Program-made: the position numbers and the translations under genes
The notes under the pieces: model-generated
What the model saw: the letters and a program-made list of their open reading frames with translations, nothing else
The model's database searches: none
What the model was told of the DNA's origin: nothing
Shown: positions 30,001 to 44,600 of the stretch, one piece after another
Layout of the letters: each line of letters begins with the position of its first letter
Position numbering within the stretch: position 1 is the first letter of the stretch
Source of the DNA: Paragordius varius
Taxonomy: Eukaryota > Animalia > Nematomorpha
Length of the DNA stretch: 64,000 nt
NCBI GenBank assembly: GCA_964247055.1
Contig: OZ176055.1
Location: 1,178,001 to 1,242,000 of the forward strand
Direction of reading: 5' to 3'

Positions 30001-31131
30001 AAAAACCACATATTTTTTAATCAAATCATGGAATAAACCAAATTAGCCTTACTTTGAGTTAATTCAAAATAGGGGCTGAGAGCATCTCTAAGAGTTGAAT
30101 CCTTAAATATTTGACGTTCTGGGATTTCACCCAAAAGGAGTTGAGTAACGACCAATAGTTTATTTATCTATAGTAAAAAAAATATTATAGTATTGTGATT
30201 TAAAAATAAATTTAAAAAATGTCGAAAATTATATAATTATATAAAAATATATTTATCGCAACTAAATTTACAAAACGTCGATATACATAAACCAGAACTC
30301 AAATATATATATATTATTATAGTTAACGCATTTTATGTGGATTTTTTTTAATGTTTAAAACTCTATGTTTGAAATATAAAAAAATTTAATTTTTGTAAAT
30401 TCTTTGTATAGTCCGGTGCGGTCTTAAATTAATTTTTACAAAATGGTAAAATTAATATTTTCCAAAAAGGTAAAACTTATAATTAGATATAAAAAAGTGT
30501 AAAAAATCGAATTTACTAATATTTATAATTATTGGTCCTTTGTTAAAACTAAAAAAGTAATATAAATCATTTACATATCAAAAAACGCAAATTTAATTCT
30601 TATTTGAAATTGTACCGCTTGTTTAAACCGAAGAGCCGAATTTTGCGGTCCTTTACGTAGGGCTTGGGTTAAATTGCGTTGAGCAGCGCTGTATTCCAAA
30701 TGGATTGCTTTGATACGGCCTATGAGTTAACAAACAAAAAAAAATCCAACTGATAATAAATTAAAATGTTTGGTGTGAATAGTTTTTAAATATTAGTCAC
30801 ATGTAATTTTATAAAATAAGTCCCCATAAATGAATAATTAACCAGAATGGTAACTAACGCTAAATCACATAAAAACGAAATAAATGTATTCACATAAAAT
30901 TTTTAAAAATACTTTGTAATTTTTGTAAAAATTACCCATGTAATAGAAATAACGAGCCCATTCATTGTTCGAGGCAGATTCGGGAAAAGTTAATTTACTG
31001 GCAAACAAGTCAGCTTGTTGGAATAAATTGTACGTTATGTAATTCCTAAGGATAAGATTTATCAAGACAGCAATGCCCTCAGAATCTTTCCTTAGTGTAC
31101 ATGTTCGCAATCGAGCCAAAAGAAATCTAAT

Positions 31132-31169
<38 letters not shown>

Positions 31170-33169
31170 CGAATAAAAATTGAAAATAAATGCCTTTTAG
31201 AAAATGTAAAATATAGTAACTAAATATTAATTATTACCATATATAATTATTATCTTATATGATTGGAATAGTGTATACTTATCAATCCACATTTGTACTT
31301 ATAAAATAAAAATAATGTATGATTGTATATTTTTAAATCAAATATGTCTTTAATTTTTAAAGGCTTGTTTTTTATAATTTAATATCTTTAACACACAAAA
31401 TTTTTATTTTGCGATTAATATTTAGGTTACATTGATTCTTTAAGGATGAAGTAAAGGGGAATATGAGAAATATGATTTTTAATTTTTTGAAAAATTAAAA
31501 ACCAAGGGGTGAAAAAACTTTGACTCGATAATATAATTTTTAATATTTATCGAATTTTTGGCATAATTTTTTAATTTTATGCCGACCAAAGCTAGTCTTT
31601 TTTTAATTAAAATCTTTTAAACATTAGGATACCCCCATGTTGTAAATTAAAGCTGTGCTTAAATTTGTCAAAAATGTAGGCTCTCTTAACACTAAAAATA
31701 ATCTTGTAGGTGTTATTTCCAGAAGGATTGGATCAAACTTTATTACATCAATAAAACCAATTATTCGAATCCCAACCTACATTTTTAGATATTATTCCTA
31801 AGGTTGTCTCTAACTTAATATTTCGCGTGCTGCTTTAATAATTTTTTAAGTTTTTTGCATAGATCAATTTCGGATCATGTATCAACATCTAAATAATCGT
31901 AACTTTTTTGATTGAAATTCATAATTTTTTAATGTTTAAACATTTTTTAGAGAGAGCACTTTTGCTTCCCTAAACAAAGTGTGTTGGATACCCCTGTTGT
32001 TCCCATCAGTAAATAATATACCATTTGCAATTTAAATCACCCTTAAAGAATTTAATTCATCCTAAATAATTTTGTGTTTTCGGGCTAATATAAATTATCA
32101 TTATTATAAACTATATTTTTAAGACATAGTTTATTATTTTTTCAGAATTATATTAATTTTAAACAGTTTCATATAAAGGTAATTAACTAAAAAAAAACAA
32201 AATTTATTTTGGAATAAATTTATATTGTTCAAGGGTTATATTAAACTTTAAATGGCTATAGCATCACCCAAAAAAATATAGCTTTTTTACCTTCGTATTT
32301 GTTCCAAATTCCCTGTAAGTTCATAAACTCGGGCATAATAAAAGTAACATTTGGCCGCTAACAAATCCAGCGTTCGTCTATTTTGAGCCAATATTTTTTC
32401 CATCAACATGTTTGCACATGTTTTAGCCCGTTTCAAATCTTTGCGTTCATCAATCAAATGGATAAGAACTAACAAATGCAGGTAAATGTTCACTTCAACG
32501 GGTAAGCTAAATTTGTTAATGGTTCCACCCATAATTTTTTGTTCATTCTTTTTGACCGAAGTGTCAGTATTATCAATCTAATTAACAATTATAAAGCAAA
32601 TTTAAAATAAAATAGCTTTTTTAAGCTCTTTGACCAAAATATAATATCATTATATCTGTCTTATGGAGGAATATAAAATGTTATAAAGATTATTTAGTAA
32701 TGCTATATAGTTTATTGGTCATTTTGGTGAAGATTATTAATATAAAAGTTAATTCATATATGTAAAAAATAATTTATTATATGCGAGGTATGCAATTGGA
32801 TATGCTTGATAATCATTTTTAAATATTAACTAATATTTTATTAGGTGTATTAAAAGTATAAATACCTCCATATCAAAATTTTCTTCGCAAAACATTCGGA
32901 TATCATCTTTTCCAGAGGCATAAATATGCTTTAAGATGGAATTCAAAACTTCTTCGTTAAGTTTCTTACGAGTATTGGGAATTGACCTTAAAACTCTTAA
33001 CATAAATCGTGTGTCTCTGAGAATAACCGATTTCTCGATATTCTTAACCTGTTCCTTAATATCATCTAAAAAATATTTATATGTTAAGATTACCGATGAT
33101 TATGTCATTAGGGGAAGGCGTCGTTTTCGCAACCTCTTCTAACGTAGCAGGTTCAGTAAGAACAGCCAT
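26021..33169 (-). CDS. PSMD3: 26S proteasome non-ATPase regulatory subunit 3 (Rpn3, PCI domain)
   Basis: Exons (minus) 33169-33094, 33065-32866, 32577-32291, 31126-30936, 30719-30616, 30167-30053, 29691-29572, 28805-28483, 27520-27137, 26647-26600, 26098-26021 (641 aa). Motifs [76 protein letters not shown] and acidic C-terminus ESDEDDFF*. Confidence 0.95.
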
Positions 33170-33297
33170 GGTATTATATTACATATGATAAAATTTGTTT
33201 TTATATTATTTTAATTAATTTTTCGCTTATTTATTTATAAATAATATTTTTTTATAATTTTTTCGTTGGATAATATACCCTCTTTTGTTAGACAAGC
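33170..33297. promoter_or_regulatory. Putative compact bidirectional promoter shared by PSMD3 and NOP53
   Basis: Divergent start codons only 128 bp apart; AT-rich spacer; no TSS evidence available. Confidence 0.6.
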
Positions 33298-33756
33298 ATG
33301 CGATCTTATCCAGATTTATGGGGTGCTACCAATTCATCATTGGTAGCAAAAAAGCGATCGATACGAGTTAAGGTATGATTTTTTTAAAGATAGGCTGAAA
33401 TACCGCATCCAGGTCTTTCTTACAATCCCACTTTCAAAGAACACCAAGATTTGCTGGAAAAAGTTAATGGAAAGGATGCCAAAGCCAAAGGGAAAAAGAA
33501 ATTTCGCCGGTATTAAATAATTTGATACTCTAGAAAATATAATTTAATTGAAAATAAAGTGTTTCAAAAACCGAAAGAACTTGTTTCTTCCCTAAAAGAT
33601 CTTGAACCAAAAGGGAATTTATTGGCTGATATATATCACACCTATCAAAAACATAATATTATAGAAACGACCAAAAGCAATAAAATATTACAATCTATGA
33701 ATGTCAAACTTAAACGACCCAAAAAGAAAACAAAAATATACAGCTCTGCGAAATGA
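33298..33756 (+). CDS. NOP53: Highly reduced ribosome biogenesis protein NOP53 (GLTSCR2) homologue, 137 aa
   Basis: Exons 33298-33372, 33394-33509, 33534-33756, joined by 21- and 24-nt GT-AG introns that each contain an in-frame stop. Motifs DLWG, EIPHPGLSYNPTFKEHQDLL (cf. GASYNPSFEDHQTLL) and ELVSSLKDLEPKGNLLADIYHTYQKHNIIE (cf. [26 protein letters not shown]). Confidence 0.8.
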
Positions 33757-35469
33757 ATATCGTCATAAATAATTATTTTGACATAATCTTATTTACCAAT
33801 AATTATTACTATTTTATCATTTGATAACAACAGACTGTATGTAAGTGCTAGACTCAAAAAACGCTATAAAGTTTTGCAAGTGCAACATTAATTTAAATTT
33901 TATAGCAAAATATTTATCTGGCGTTATTACCGAGGATTAATACACTCATAACTAAATTGCTAAAACTTTGCGTCAATTTAAACTGTACTTGGGTACTTAG
34001 ATCAGCGGTACTAATTGCGACTCTAAAAATGCTTTTTGACCATAAATTTTATATTAATTTTGGTATGTATTAATTTTGTCTAAATATCTGCCAATATGTC
34101 AAACAAATATGAAATTTTTATCAATATTATATGGTTATTGGTTGGCCCTTGAGACAAGTAAGATATTTTTTTGGTGAGCACCACTTGTTTAGTGTTTTAG
34201 TTAATATTAATGTTTAATCTGACAACCAGGTGTGACCGCTTTTGGATGAAGTCATTCGCGCTCATACCATTTTAATAAGGATATCACTTAGCTCAAATAA
34301 AATTTTAGGGCAGAATACATGAATTGTGGCCTACGGGCAGTATGCGGTCCAAAAAAATGCTTTAATTATTTTTTTGTTAAAATAACAATTTAAAATCGTA
34401 ATTTATTTTGATATTTTTGTTTTTTAGTATTCATAATGTTCAATTTGGTAATTCCACAATTATAAAATTTTGTGGTTTAGAATTTCCGCTTTTTTAAAAA
34501 TTCTATTCTTCGGTTTCGTTCCTATGCATCTGTTAAAAATTTTTCGAGCATAATGATTCCAATTTAAAAAAAATATTTTACGGAAATCGCAAAGGACAAG
34601 GGCGTATATATTATAGGTTAGATGTGCCAAAGAATTATATATATCATCTTCTCAAGTTATTCGTATTATTATGTCTCAACTTGCATCAAGGCGGCAAAAA
34701 ACTAGAGTATGTTAAAAGTCATAAGGTTATTACCTTAGATTCGCCTGTTATTATAACCAAATTGGTCAAAAATTATTGGTTAATAATTATAAGTGTTTCT
34801 TTTGTAGAGTTTATTATAGAAAAAATTATTTTGATGTACTGATATAGTTTAGAAGTATATGCATTTGAAGCTATGCCTATTTGTCGGTATTATATTGTGA
34901 CCCTTGGGACAAAAATTATGCGGTTCATCAAAGTTCTTAGGTGAATGCGATTGCTTTCATGGATTCAGATATTTTGGAGGAAATGTGGTACATACATATA
35001 TAACTAGATACCCATGTTCAAATTTTTTTGATCAATATTTATAGTAATTTTAGGAGTTACTTGTTTTTCAGTTGTTTACATTTGGCCTAACTAAGTCGTG
35101 TTCCTATACTATCCTAACTCCGAACCTAAGTTGCAAGGTATGTGTGCAGTCGTCTTAGTACTTTTTCATTTTCCTTTTGAAGTCCTAATACATAAGTATC
35201 ATCTAAGGCGATTTTAAATTAGTCTGTTTTGGGTTCAGGATTTACAGTTTTCCGGAAAAATATTGGTTCTACTAATCTAGTATTTATATTTAACAAAAGA
35301 TAGGGGATTGTTTTGTTGAACTCTCAGACATACATTTTGTGTATGTCTGTTGAGGTACATATATATTAGCCAGAAAATATAATTAACCATTCATAAACCT
35401 TGGAAAAAAATTATTATATAATTGTTTAATCAATATACAAACAAAATTTAAAAGCTTACAATTTTTTTT

Positions 35470-35670
35470 AAAACATTTACTGACCCGGTCATGAATGTAT
35501 CCTCAATTAGTCAGACTCGACTCCTCATGTAAACAAATAATGATTGGATAGTTAGAAAGAAAAAGATTAATCTTGTCTTCAGTTATTAAATTAAATTCTT
35601 GATCTCCTGAGAATATCCAAATTGGTGCTTGAACGGTTTTTTGTCCTCCAAATTTTTTATTTTGTATTTA
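35470..35670 (-). mobile_element. Possible Tc1-like transposase remnant
   Basis: KKFGGQKTVQAPIWIFS...NYPIII...GYIHDR with an internal stop, loosely matching the Tc1 KFGG.SVMVW...Y..IL...F.HDN block. Confidence 0.3.
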
Positions 35671-35950
35671 ATTTTTATCAATCATCTGTATTCACTTTTT
35701 TAATCATTTGCAACCTATTATCATTAATTGTTCTAAATCTTAAAATCAATAATAACTTTTTGTCATTAAACCATATATTATCATTAATTTAATAAAAAAT
35801 ATTTTAATACAAATTTCCACATGTAATTTAAAAAATATAAAAACTTTCTGGGTTATTAATTATAATTAAATATATTTTTATAAAGTTGTCAAATTAGAAA
35901 AATTAATTTGTGACAAATGGTTTGTGATTTAAAATTATATTTTTAAATGT

Positions 35951-35981
<31 letters not shown>

Positions 35982-35988
35982 CATATAT

Positions 35989-36598
35989 AACTAGCGTAAA
36001 TCTCGTGCTGCTACGCAGCATGAGGTAATCCTCCGGACTTCTGGGGGAGGGCTATTTGAAATAAGGGACAATAAAATGATCCACATATGTGGATTATTTA
36101 AACATTTAAATATGATTTTATAGGAATTAAAACGGTGCATTCATACTAATATATTGTTTACTTGGGCAAAAAAATACAATCAAAAAATTATTTTTTTGGA
36201 CTTTGTTTTTTTATGAATGGCGTTTTACCGGGGTAGCGGGTAAAAAGAGGGCCTAAATCAAAAAAGTGAGTCGACTATGTTCGGCACGATCAAAAATAAG
36301 TAAACAAAAATCATATTTGAAATTGAATGGTCCAACACGTTCTCAGGGAAATTGTCTCAACCTGTTTTTTACACAGGGTAGGCCCGAACTGGGGACCTAT
36401 TTTCAAAAAAAGCCGATGCTTTTGTCGGGGCATTCATTAATGATTATATTTTTTCGATGTTTGGATTTGAATGGGTCTACCGGTTTTCCGGTAGTACAGT
36501 TTTGAAAGTTTTTTGTCTAATTAAATTATTGAACATTGTTCTTAATTAGATAAAAGAGCCTATATTTGTTACTCTTGTGACTTCTTTAAATAGGATAG
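35989..36598 (+). mobile_element. Possible Helentron-associated (HINE/DINE-1-like) element
   Basis: Starts AACTAGCGTAAAT, then hairpin CTCGTGCTGC-TAC-GCAGCATGAG (36002-36024); ends TTTAAATAGGATAG; adjacent to a (CA)n(TA)n microsatellite. Confidence 0.4.
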
Positions 36599-36714
36599 CT
36601 CCAAAACATGATTGAAACAAACCCAGATATTACAATTAAAATATATTGACTTTGTAATGCTAAAATGCAGCCTGAATTATTTACATTATTTTTCTAACCA
36701 TAATATACCTTTTT

Positions 36715-37268
36715 GTTGTATTAGCGAAATTGGAATATCTAAATACCCGAGACAATATTAAAGTTGATATTTATAAAAAACCTGAAGGAAACGCTTCCAT
36801 TTTTAATTAATGCTTCTATCTTAAAATTCTATAATCCAAAATATGTATATAAAACATAGTTTTGGGAAAATGTTCCTCATTAAACTATTTGGACGCCATT
36901 TTTATTTTACAACATTTCTGTAAAATACCGTTTTTATTTGATTTTAAGAAAATTAAAGTCTTAAATATTAAAATCACATTTAGCATTATTAAAAACAGAT
37001 AAAGTGGTTTATTTTTTATAATTTATATATTTTTGTTTATGCATATATGTCATGTTGGCTAAATTTTCTTTGTGCCTTAACTCTGAATAAGTAATATCAG
37101 GTATTTTTGAATGAGTTTTTTATTATATTTGGGTTCATTAATGGTATATAAGTACAAACATTTGCTATGGTTTCAATTTATTCCATTTTTTTGAAATGAT
37201 TAAATTTAAACATTCTTATCTAACTAGTCCTTATATCGAAGTGAAATGAATGTGTTGTAAAGTGTTAA
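36715..37268 (+). mobile_element. piggyBac-type MITE (family A), degraded left end
   Basis: Collinear internal sequence (aaatacccgagac, ggacgccatttttattttac) and right end AAGTG|TTAA. Confidence 0.7.
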
Positions 37269-38159
37269 GGATAGTTGTAGGAAAAAATGGCGGCGTTGAG
37301 GTAAATTAAAATTTTTTTGTATAATGCGCCTAAAAGGCAGAAAAAAAGATATTTTTAAATTCGATCTAATATCTTAATTAATTTTTAAGATATCTAAATT
37401 TTAATTCCCTCTGGAATATAAAACTACCCCAAAAGGTTATGGATTGTTAAATAATAATATTTTTTTTATAAAATATATGTTAAAATCCATCTCAATGTGG
37501 GCCAATTTGAAGTTTTTCTTGGAATGTTTAAGGTGAAATTCGAAGTGTACAAGGATAAACATGAAGTGCATTGATATGTTATAGAATTACACAATCTGAA
37601 TAAAAACGGCTTAGCGCCTAAATAAAACTATTTAACTCGAATAAGCTTACATATATAAAAAAATTACGCTATTAACTTATTAAAAACCACTATTTTAAAA
37701 AACAATCAGGCATGGGGCTAAATTAAGCAAGATTTATTCACCCTCGGGGCACCGTAATTCAGAAATGTGCTGTAATTTTAAAATTAAGGGTTTTAGGATT
37801 GGGAACAAAAGGGCTAATTAGATCTTAATCACTCTTAACGCATTCGAGAAAAAGTTTCTTTTTAAAATAAATGCGCCTGCACATTTTATGGAAAAGTTTA
37901 ATTATTAGGGTTGTTATTTCATAGGTGTCACAAAACTGGATCTTTAAAAATAAACGCTTATCACCATCGCGGAATATTTAAATTACAAATTCCTTAATTA
38001 TAATTGGTTGTTTTGCTTAAAAATATAGCCTTAAACATTTTAAATATTACATTTAAATCTGAGCTAATAACTTTGGTTGTCTCTCTGTAATGTGAAAAAA
38101 ACATCAGTGATAAAATTGTCTCATCAACAAGCTTGTTTTCCATGTGATAAACTTAAAAA

Positions 38160-41100
38160 ATGACCTATTATGAAATGTATAATGCTTTTTTACACGCTCC
38201 AATATATCATTTAATATTTGAAGCTTTTCTAGCATTTTGGATTATTAAATTATTATGTAGTCGAAGTTACCGCTTAAAAAATAAAGTAAACATCGATTTT
38301 AAATGATAGGTAGAACATGCTTTAACTGAAAAAGAAAAGGAAGAACTAATTAATGAATGGAAACCCGAACCCTTAGTTGATTCCGAAACCGAGGACACCT
38401 CAGATTTTGAGAAAACACAAAATGATTTACATATAACTAACCCAAATTTTATAGATCATTATGAAGGACCTTATATATATTTAAGTTTTGTTCATATAAT
38501 CCTAAAGAATCCGATAACGAAAAAGAACCAAATAAATTTTTAGATTTTGCATCTTTCAATTTTTTGGGTTTGGCTGGTATATCATCCAATTATACCCATG
38601 ACGAAAATGATAAAAGTTAATATTAATTTTAAATTATAAAAACAAAACATAAATATTATTTTATCTAAGTAACCTATATAGTTAGGCTTTAAATTACCAA
38701 TTCACATGCCTGCTTTTTTTCATAACTTAAAACGATAATTAAATTAAAAAAAGCAATAAAAATATGCTTTTAATCAATATTCCTTATGATTTGACATTAT
38801 AATTACTGTTAAATTTTTAACCTTAAACATTTCTAATTTACCCTTGAATATTATTATTTACTCTAAAATTATTTTTTACCTGATAATTAGATATAATTTT
38901 TGTTGTAGTTTATCATGTTTATACATAGTTTGTTATATAATTTTATTAATGAATGTATCTAATATTTATTTGCGCCATATTTTAATATAAAAATGATCTG
39001 AATTTTAATAAATTATTCCTAAGAGTTTTGATTTTGCCTTATATACGGTAAGTTAAGGCACTAATTTACGATTTGCACGTCTTATACTATCTCGGTGTCC
39101 CAAACCTGGAATTGCCTTTCTGGGATTACGGAGTTCTATCCCCCCTTTTCCATATAATTAATTGGGTTTTTTAACAACTATGTTATAGCGCCAGATAAAC
39201 CCTTATAACTATAGGAGTGCAGGAGTAGGAAAGAAAGATTCTATATTCACCATACTACACAAAGATGACCCTTTCCTTTGCCGCTCCCGTTGGTCGTAAC
39301 CAAGACGATCCGAAATAGATTTTTAAAAACAGAAAAATATTAAACTATACCATAAACAAATATTTAAAATCGAATAAGTAAAATCGGAAATGTTCAAGGG
39401 TGAATTTGAAGTGTTTAAGAATGAAACAAAGGATTAAGAGTGATGAATTCAAACAAAGATAAAATTGTAATGCTTGACGGTAAAATTGAAATCTTCAATG
39501 GTGAATTGGAAATGTTTAATGGTAAATTTGAAATCTTCAATGGTGAGTTTGAAATGTTCAAGGATAAATTTAAATGTTTGGAGTGTGTATGAAGTGTAAA
39601 TCATATTTGGATAAAACTGAATTATTATTCCTAGCTATTTTATTTTTTCAGCCTAAAAAACAGTTTTTGAACGAGTCCAAACTATCTTTTAATTTAACTT
39701 TTATTTTTTACTGTATATAGCCGGTTTATTGAATATCAATAATAATAATAATGATAATCTTGAAAAACAACCTCCTTCAAATGATGAAATTAGCTTTACA
39801 TTGAATCATGATAGCCATGTTTTAGCCCTTCAGCGTGAATGCGTTCGTGGTCTTGAAACATATGGTGTGGGGGCTTGTGGGCCTCGTGGATTCTATGGGA
39901 CAATAGATGTCCACTTAAAACTAGAAAAATTGCTCGCCTACATTTACTATGAAATTGGCAAGAATAAAACTCAGTCATTTGGAAGTCTTTTAGAGGCTCT
40001 AAAATTTGGCGGGCGAAAACAGGTGATTGATGAAATGTTACTTAATCGATTGGAATCGGAAGATATTGAAGGTATAAACACATGTTATCGGTCTACAGTT
40101 ATATTTTGAGAAACAGCATTTATAATATCGTAAAAAAAAATATCTGAAAACGATAATTTTATAATTTGTTCAATCAATATGTATAAATTTCATGATTTAA
40201 TTTGTGATACATATTGAGTATGTTGGCCTTTTTTTCCCACAACTAAAATGATATGTTATAATAATAAAATTCGGATTTTATTTTCTTTACAAAAAAATAT
40301 TTTTACTTTTTGGGTCTTTTCATCGTTAATTTTGCTTTAAAGCACCCTGAGTGTGGGAAAATACATGTGTCCTGCATCACAATAATTTTCCAAAAAAATA
40401 AATTAAGATAAAAAAATAATTTTTTATTCGTTTTATAGGTAATTATCATTTGGTTCTCACTGATAGTTGTTAAAGCTAATTCCTTAAAAACTTATTAATA
40501 ATAATCTAGTTGCCCCCCTCCCCCTTGAGAAAAAGTAATTTATGATAACGATTTAAATATAAAACCTATTTAAAATGTTAAAGTTAAAACTAAAAATAAT
40601 ATAACCATTTGCGGTTTTATGCTATATGCTTAGTGTATATATATATATATATATATATATGTTAAATTGAATATTTTATATATAAAAAATGATGGATAAA
40701 ATAAAAAAATAAGTTTTGGAAACAATAAAATTATGTCCGAAAACCTTACATTTTATATTTTTTTTGGCAATTAATACAATTCCTTTTTTATCTGATGTAG
40801 TACCACTTTATGCTTATTCTATATTTCTCTTATATTAACTAAACTCTATTTTATTATTTAATTTTCATAAACATTTTTAGCTAATAATATTTTTTTAAAC
40901 AAATTTAATTAATTTTATTTTTCATTTTTTTATTTTATTAAATCTAGGTTGCATATATTCATATGGATTAGCCACGGCCTCCAGCATTATTCCGGCTTTC
41001 AGTAAACGTGATGATGTTATATTCGTTGATGAGGCCTGTCATTTTGGTTTTTAATTTTAGTGTTATTTCATTTTTTGAAATCGTAATATATACGTAAAAA

Positions 41101-41565
41101 AATGTAAATATTTTTAATAATAACAGTGTATTAAAATAAAAAAATATAAGGTTTAAATTGATGATATTTTGATTTTAAATATATATTTTTAAAAAATATA
41201 AATTTTTATTTTTTTTTGGATATTTAGTTTTAATTATATCTCATATTTAACTATGGTTACTAAGGGGGTGTAATATATGAATATCAACCCTTTATTAAAT
41301 TTTACTTTATATGTTATGTAAAAAATGACATATAATAAATAGAATCAAAATTGTATTATTTATTTTTCTAAAAAAAATGTGACTGCCTAAAAAAATGTTA
41401 TTTTTACCAAATAAATTTTTTGACTTATAGTAAAAAATTATACGGACAAAACGTAAAAATATAAAGACAATTTTTTAAAAGGCAACCATTCTTTTTACCT
41501 TAATTTATTTTACAAAAATCATTTAATTACAATGGTAAAATACATAATTGATTGTGTTATATCTC

Positions 41566-41602
<37 letters not shown>

Positions 41603-44600
41603 TTTTAAACAATGATTTGCATTTAAAGAAATAAAGTTATAAATAAGTATGGTTGTCTTTTAAAGAAAAAAATATCTCTCCTCATATTTTTACGTTTTGT
41701 CCGTATAATTTCACTTTTTACTGTAACTTTTTTAATTTTTTACTTTTAATTATACCAATTATTTTTATTTTCATATTTTTGCTACAATATCCAAATATAT
41801 GACATTTTTTGCGTCGTGTTTCCACAGGAATTCAAAAAGGTCTCCAAGCTTCACGGAGCATTATTAAACGATTTCGACATAATGATATGGCGCATTTAAA
41901 ACGTATTTTACTAGCCCATGCCCAAGAGGAATTAAAGTTAGTTTATTTTAAATAATATTTTGAAAATGCATAAATTTATTAAGTCAATTTTTGTCCTTTA
42001 TAATGTAATTATAGAGATCCGCTAAAGGCTAAAGTAACCAAAAAATTTATAGTTGTTGAAGGATTATACCAAAATACAGGTATTATATAGAATTACTACT
42101 CTTATATATACTCTTTAATAACACAGCTAACATTTAAATTTTAACCTACAATAAGTTAACTGCTTTTCGTAAACTAAGATTTAATTAAGGTTATCATTTG
42201 TTTTGTTTGAGTTAATTTGATATAAATATAAAATTCAGATAAGTCAAAACTTATAAAATTGAAATTGTTAAAGATAAACTTTTTTCAAAAGAAAATGGAG
42301 GAGTGATACAAAATATATTAAACGGTCATAATCATATTTTTAATTATTGCAAGTTTAATTTTTTCTATAAGCATATAATTTATTTTTAAGAATTAGAATT
42401 GCGTTTTAAATATGTTTTGTACTGTTAATTTGAGTATAAAAGTGTATTCATTATGTTTAAAGATAGTAAAACGTAATAATTAGGGTTGGAAATTTGAAAG
42501 ATTAACCAGACACATAAATTATAAATATATAATCAAATAAAATAACTGAACCGTTCGTTTACCTTCGTTTATATTTATTCAAAATAATAATTTAAGCATT
42601 CATATTTGATAAAATTTCTAAAAAATTCCTCATTTTTCTGTTAAGGATATGTTTTATATCATTATTTCAATATAAATTTTTATTGGCTACACTATGTTTG
42701 AAAATTTTATTTTTAAAAATGTTTTTATAGCCACTGATGTACAGAAATTTTGTTTTAATCAAATATTCGTTTATTACAGTATGAATTTTAATGATTGTTT
42801 TCATAGTAGGGCAGGCAATTTGCAACACAATAGTGTATGGAAAAAACAACAAAATGTTAAAAAACAATTTTTTCCATACACTACTGTGTTACGAATTGAC
42901 CAACTATTGTGTGAATTAACCAACGATTAAAAATGCAAACTTTAAATTTAACTTTTTACCATCTATGGGTATTATTGTAAAATTATTTATATATATATAC
43001 CAAAATTTCAAATAAAATTTAATTTTATGACATACTTTTACAAAACGAAAACGAAACATCAAAGGTATCATTTGTGATTTACCAAGCCTCTGTCAATTTC
43101 GGCGGGAGTTTAAAGCTCGTCTTTTTGTAGATGATAGCTGTAGTTTTGGAACTATAGGCCCTCGAAAATTGGGAATTACAGATTATTTTTCAACACAAAT
43201 TACTTTGGATGACATTGATCTTATTTTGGGATCATTGGAATTTGCTTTAGGTATTTTAATTATTATCATAATAATTATTATGATGAATGCAATAAAAAAA
43301 GAGTTTTTCTCAAAGAATTTTACTAAAAAAAAGAATTATAAAAAAGAATAATTAAAAAAGAAGAAATTAAAAAGAAAATTAGGGTGGAATCAGTTGGAAA
43401 TTAGTAAATTTTAGTTTACTTGTCATATTAATATTATTTGTGACAAAATGTTATTTTCATTTTTTAACTACCTTTTGCCTAAATTTTTGCACTATTACAG
43501 TATGCATTTTTATGGTTGCTTATGTCACACTATACTAAGGCAATTTGCAAACTACACAGTAGTGTATGGAAAAAACAACAAAATGTTCATTAAACAATCT
43601 TTTCCTTTCTTTTTTTGCATACCCTACTGTGTAGCTTGCAAATTGCCCTACTATAGTGTGAAATGAGCAACCATTAAAATGCATATTGTATCCCGTATAG
43701 TTTTGTATTCTTGTTTTTCTTTTATACAATAATCATATTCTTATCTTATTTCAAAAAAGATTTCTAAGCCTTTTCCAATTATATTATGTTTATGAAAAAA
43801 TGAAAAAATACTAATCATTCAAAAGATATATTATTGGTTAAAAAATCTTTTAATAGGCCCACAGAGATATTTTTTGTAATTATAAAATTATTAAAGGAAA
43901 GAAAAAGTGTGACTTGGTTGTTCACATAAAAACCAATTTTCCTTCTTGCACTAAGCTACTAAACTAATTTTTTTGTCCCAATTTATAATTCTTTACTCAG
44001 TTATTTCTTAAACATTATTACAGTAAAAACTGAAATTATACGGACAAAACGTTAAATTATAAAGACAAATATTTTTTCTAAAATACTTGACCATATTTTT
44101 AAAGCCTTATTTTTTCATATAAATTATATAATTACAATTAATATATTGTGTCACCATAGGTATCAATTCTATAATATGCAATTTGTAACAATGAGTTATA
44201 TTTAACAAAAATGAAACTTAAATATGGGTGTTGTCTTTTGAAAAAAAAATTTGTCTGTATATTTTAACGATTTGTCCTTCCGTATAATTTTAGTTTTTAC
44301 TGCATAAAAATGCAAGGAATCTAAAAAATTGATTTATTTTTACAATAAACATAATAATTTAGGTTCAATTGGTGGATATTGCGTAGGTAAAAAATATCTC
44401 ATAGAAAACAATTATTTGTCTGGGCTTGGTTATTGCTTTTCAGCCTCTTTACCCCCTATTCAAGCTTGTGCTTCTATTCAAGCATTACTAAGTCTCGTTG
44501 AAATATCTACCTGTCCAACAAGGAACCGAGCATTTACTTTATTTAATCATTGGACCACACACTCGACAAATGGGAAATGGAAAGATGTTTGCCTTAAAAG

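Noticed and set aside
42667-43729. ORFs 3067-3294, 42667-42930, 43448-43729
   Set aside because: Chance frames through palindromic family D MITEs.
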